Position numbers and translations under genes: made by a program
In this document: positions 62,616 to 64,000 of the stretch, one piece after another
Numbering within the stretch: position 1 is the first letter of the stretch
Layout of the letters: each line of letters opens with the position of its first letter
Notes under the pieces: model-generated
What the model was told of the DNA's origin: nothing
The model's database searches: none
What the model saw: the letters and a program-made list of their open reading frames with translations, nothing else
Source of the DNA: an uncultured Gemmatimonadales bacterium
GTDB taxonomy: Bacteria; Gemmatimonadota; Gemmatimonadetes; Gemmatimonadales; Gemmatimonadaceae
Length of the DNA stretch: 64,000 nt
Assembly (NCBI GenBank): GCA_963793305.1
Contig: CAWBZV010000005.1
Location: 640,001-704,000, forward strand
Direction: 5' to 3'

Positions 62616-64000
62616 CCGACGCTCCCCTCTGGAGCCCGTCGCCCGAGCGCGTGGCAAGGTCGAACATGGCCGCGTTCGCCGGGCCGGGCTCCGCGTACGA
62701 TGCACTGTATCGGTGGTCGATCGCCGAGCCGGCAGCGTTCTGGGACAAGGTCTGGCGTACGCACGGCATCATCGGCGAGCGCACGTCCCACGTGGTCCAC
62801 GGCCTCGACCGCATGGCGCCGCCCGACCCCGATCTCGGGCCGACCTGGTTCCCCGGCGCGCGGCTCAATTTCGGCGAGAACCTCCTTCGGTACGACGACA
62901 GCCGCCCCGCTTTGATCTCCTGGACCGAGCTCGGTCCACGGTCCACGCTCTCGTTCTCCGATCTCCGCGCCGAGGTGGCCGCCTGCGCCTCTGCGCTCCA
63001 CTCTGCCGGCGTCGTACCAGGCGACCGCGTCGTCGGCTTCTTACCAAATTGTCCCGAGGCCGTTATCGCCATGTTGGCGACCACGAGCCTCGGCGCAATC
63101 TGGTCGAGCTGCTCGCCCGATTTCGGCGTCGCAGGCGTGCTCGATCGCTTCGCTCAGATCACTCCCACGGTCCTGTTCGCCGTCGACAGCTATCGCTACA
63201 ACGGGCGCCTCATCGACCTCCGCGACCGTATCGCCGCCATTCGCTCGAGTCTCACCTCGCTGCGCTCGGTAGTGATTGTCGCATACGCGGCTAAGACTTC
63301 AGCGACTCCCGCGACTCCCGCGACTCCCGCGACTCCCGCGACTCCCGCGACTCCCGCGACTCCCGCGACTCCCGCGACTCCCGCGACTCCCGCGGCACCC
63401 GCGGCACCCGCGGCACCCGCGGCACCCGCGGCACCCGCGGCTCCCGCGGCACCCGCGGCTCCCGCGACTTCTGCGGCCTCTGCGAGTTCTGCGACGCGAG
63501 TGGCTCAAGCCACCCAAGGGACTCGAGTGGCTCAAGTAGCTCGGCTCGCAGGCGAAGTCTCATGGGACGAATTCTTAGCGCAGGCGCGAAGCGCCGCGCG
63601 CACAGTGTTTGAACGCGCAGCGTTCAACACGCCAGTGTACATCCTGTATTCGTCAGGCACGACGGGGTTGCCGAAGTGCATTGTCCATGGTGCCGGAGGA
63701 ACTCTTCTGCAGCACGTGAAGGAGCTGGCGCTCCACACGGATGTCCGAGCCGGCGACCGCGTGTTCTACTACACAACCACCGGCTGGATGATGTGGAACT
63801 GGCTCGTCAGCGCCCTGGCCTTAGGCGCGACGCTAGTCTTGTACGACGGCGCCGCGATGCCAGACGCAAACCCGTCGATCCTCTGGGACCTCGCCGCCCG
63901 CGAGCACGTAGCCGTCTTCGGCACGAGCGCCAAGTACCTGAGCCTGGCCGAGAAACGCGGGATCAAGCCGCGCGATCTCGCCGCGCTGCGTACGATCCTA
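62603..64000 (+). CDS. Acetoacetate-CoA ligase, runs off the window end; start approximate
   Basis: Manual translation (absent from the ORF track): [60 protein letters not shown]. Confidence 0.92.
   Translation, partial: MGQLTDAPLWSPSPERVARSNMAAFAGPGSAYDALYRWSIAEPAAFWDKVWRTHGIIGERTSHVVHGLDRMAPPDPDLGPTWFPGARLNFGENLLRYDDSRPALISWTELGPRSTLSFSDLRAEVAACASALHSAGVVPGDRVVGFLPNCPEAVIAMLATTSLGAIWSSCSPDFGVAGVLDRFAQITPTVLFAVDSYRYNGRLIDLRDRIAAIRSSLTSLRSVVIVAYAAKTSATPATPATPATPATPATPATPATPATPATPAAPAAPAAPAAPAAPAAPAAPAAPATSAASASSATRVAQATQGTRVAQVARLAGEVSWDEFLAQARSAARTVFERAAFNTPVYILYSSGTTGLPKCIVHGAGGTLLQHVKELALHTDVRAGDRVFYYTTTGWMMWNWLVSALALGATLVLYDGAAMPDANPSILWDLAAREHVAVFGTSAKYLSLAEKRGIKPRDLAALRTIL
63302..63490 (+). 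repeat. 9-bp coding tandem repeat encoding (A-T/A-P)n
   Basis: 10x GCGACTCCC, then 8x GCGGCWCCC, then 3 degenerate units; reading frame preserved. Confidence 0.95.

Noticed and set aside
63302..63490. Repeat array as a CRISPR
   Set aside because: Contiguous 9-bp units with no spacers, in frame within a CDS, and no cas genes

Overview
High-GC bacterial window. Gene content suggests Gemmatimonadota, but this is an inference. About ten small frameshifts, several in housekeeping genes, point to assembly indels rather than gene decay. In order: glycogen debranching enzyme and flavoprotein disulfide reductase; a DUF4956 / metallophosphoesterase / kinase-like-Omp85 / ppk1 operon; ackA; an accessory block holding a TPR protein, an AraC regulator and a complete lasso peptide cluster (RRE, leader peptidase, cyclase, and a 39-aa precursor with predicted core GTASQSGEPVAGLHW) that converges on an ECF sigma / FecR / TonB-dependent transducer; a c-di-GMP-I riboswitch upstream of an AgmX/PglI-type gene; a second TPR paralog; aquaporin and thrC; an spt / bCerS / cerR-like ceramide operon; an LVIVD / multicopper oxidase unit; a small islet; a seven-gene lipid head-group operon (HAD, nucleotidyltransferase, ATP-grasp, class III aminotransferase, CDP-alcohol phosphotransferase, Gfo/Idh/MocA dehydrogenase, LPG-synthase-TM protein) that may make an amino-cyclitol or amino-sugar phospho(sphingo)lipid; a Ser/Thr kinase; a pentose-phosphate cluster; dinB, tonB, ligC and a primase-polymerase; an amidase; and an acetoacetate-CoA ligase with an in-frame 9-bp tandem repeat. 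The best novelty candidates are the lasso peptide plus cell-surface signalling block and the head-group operon near the ceramide genes.
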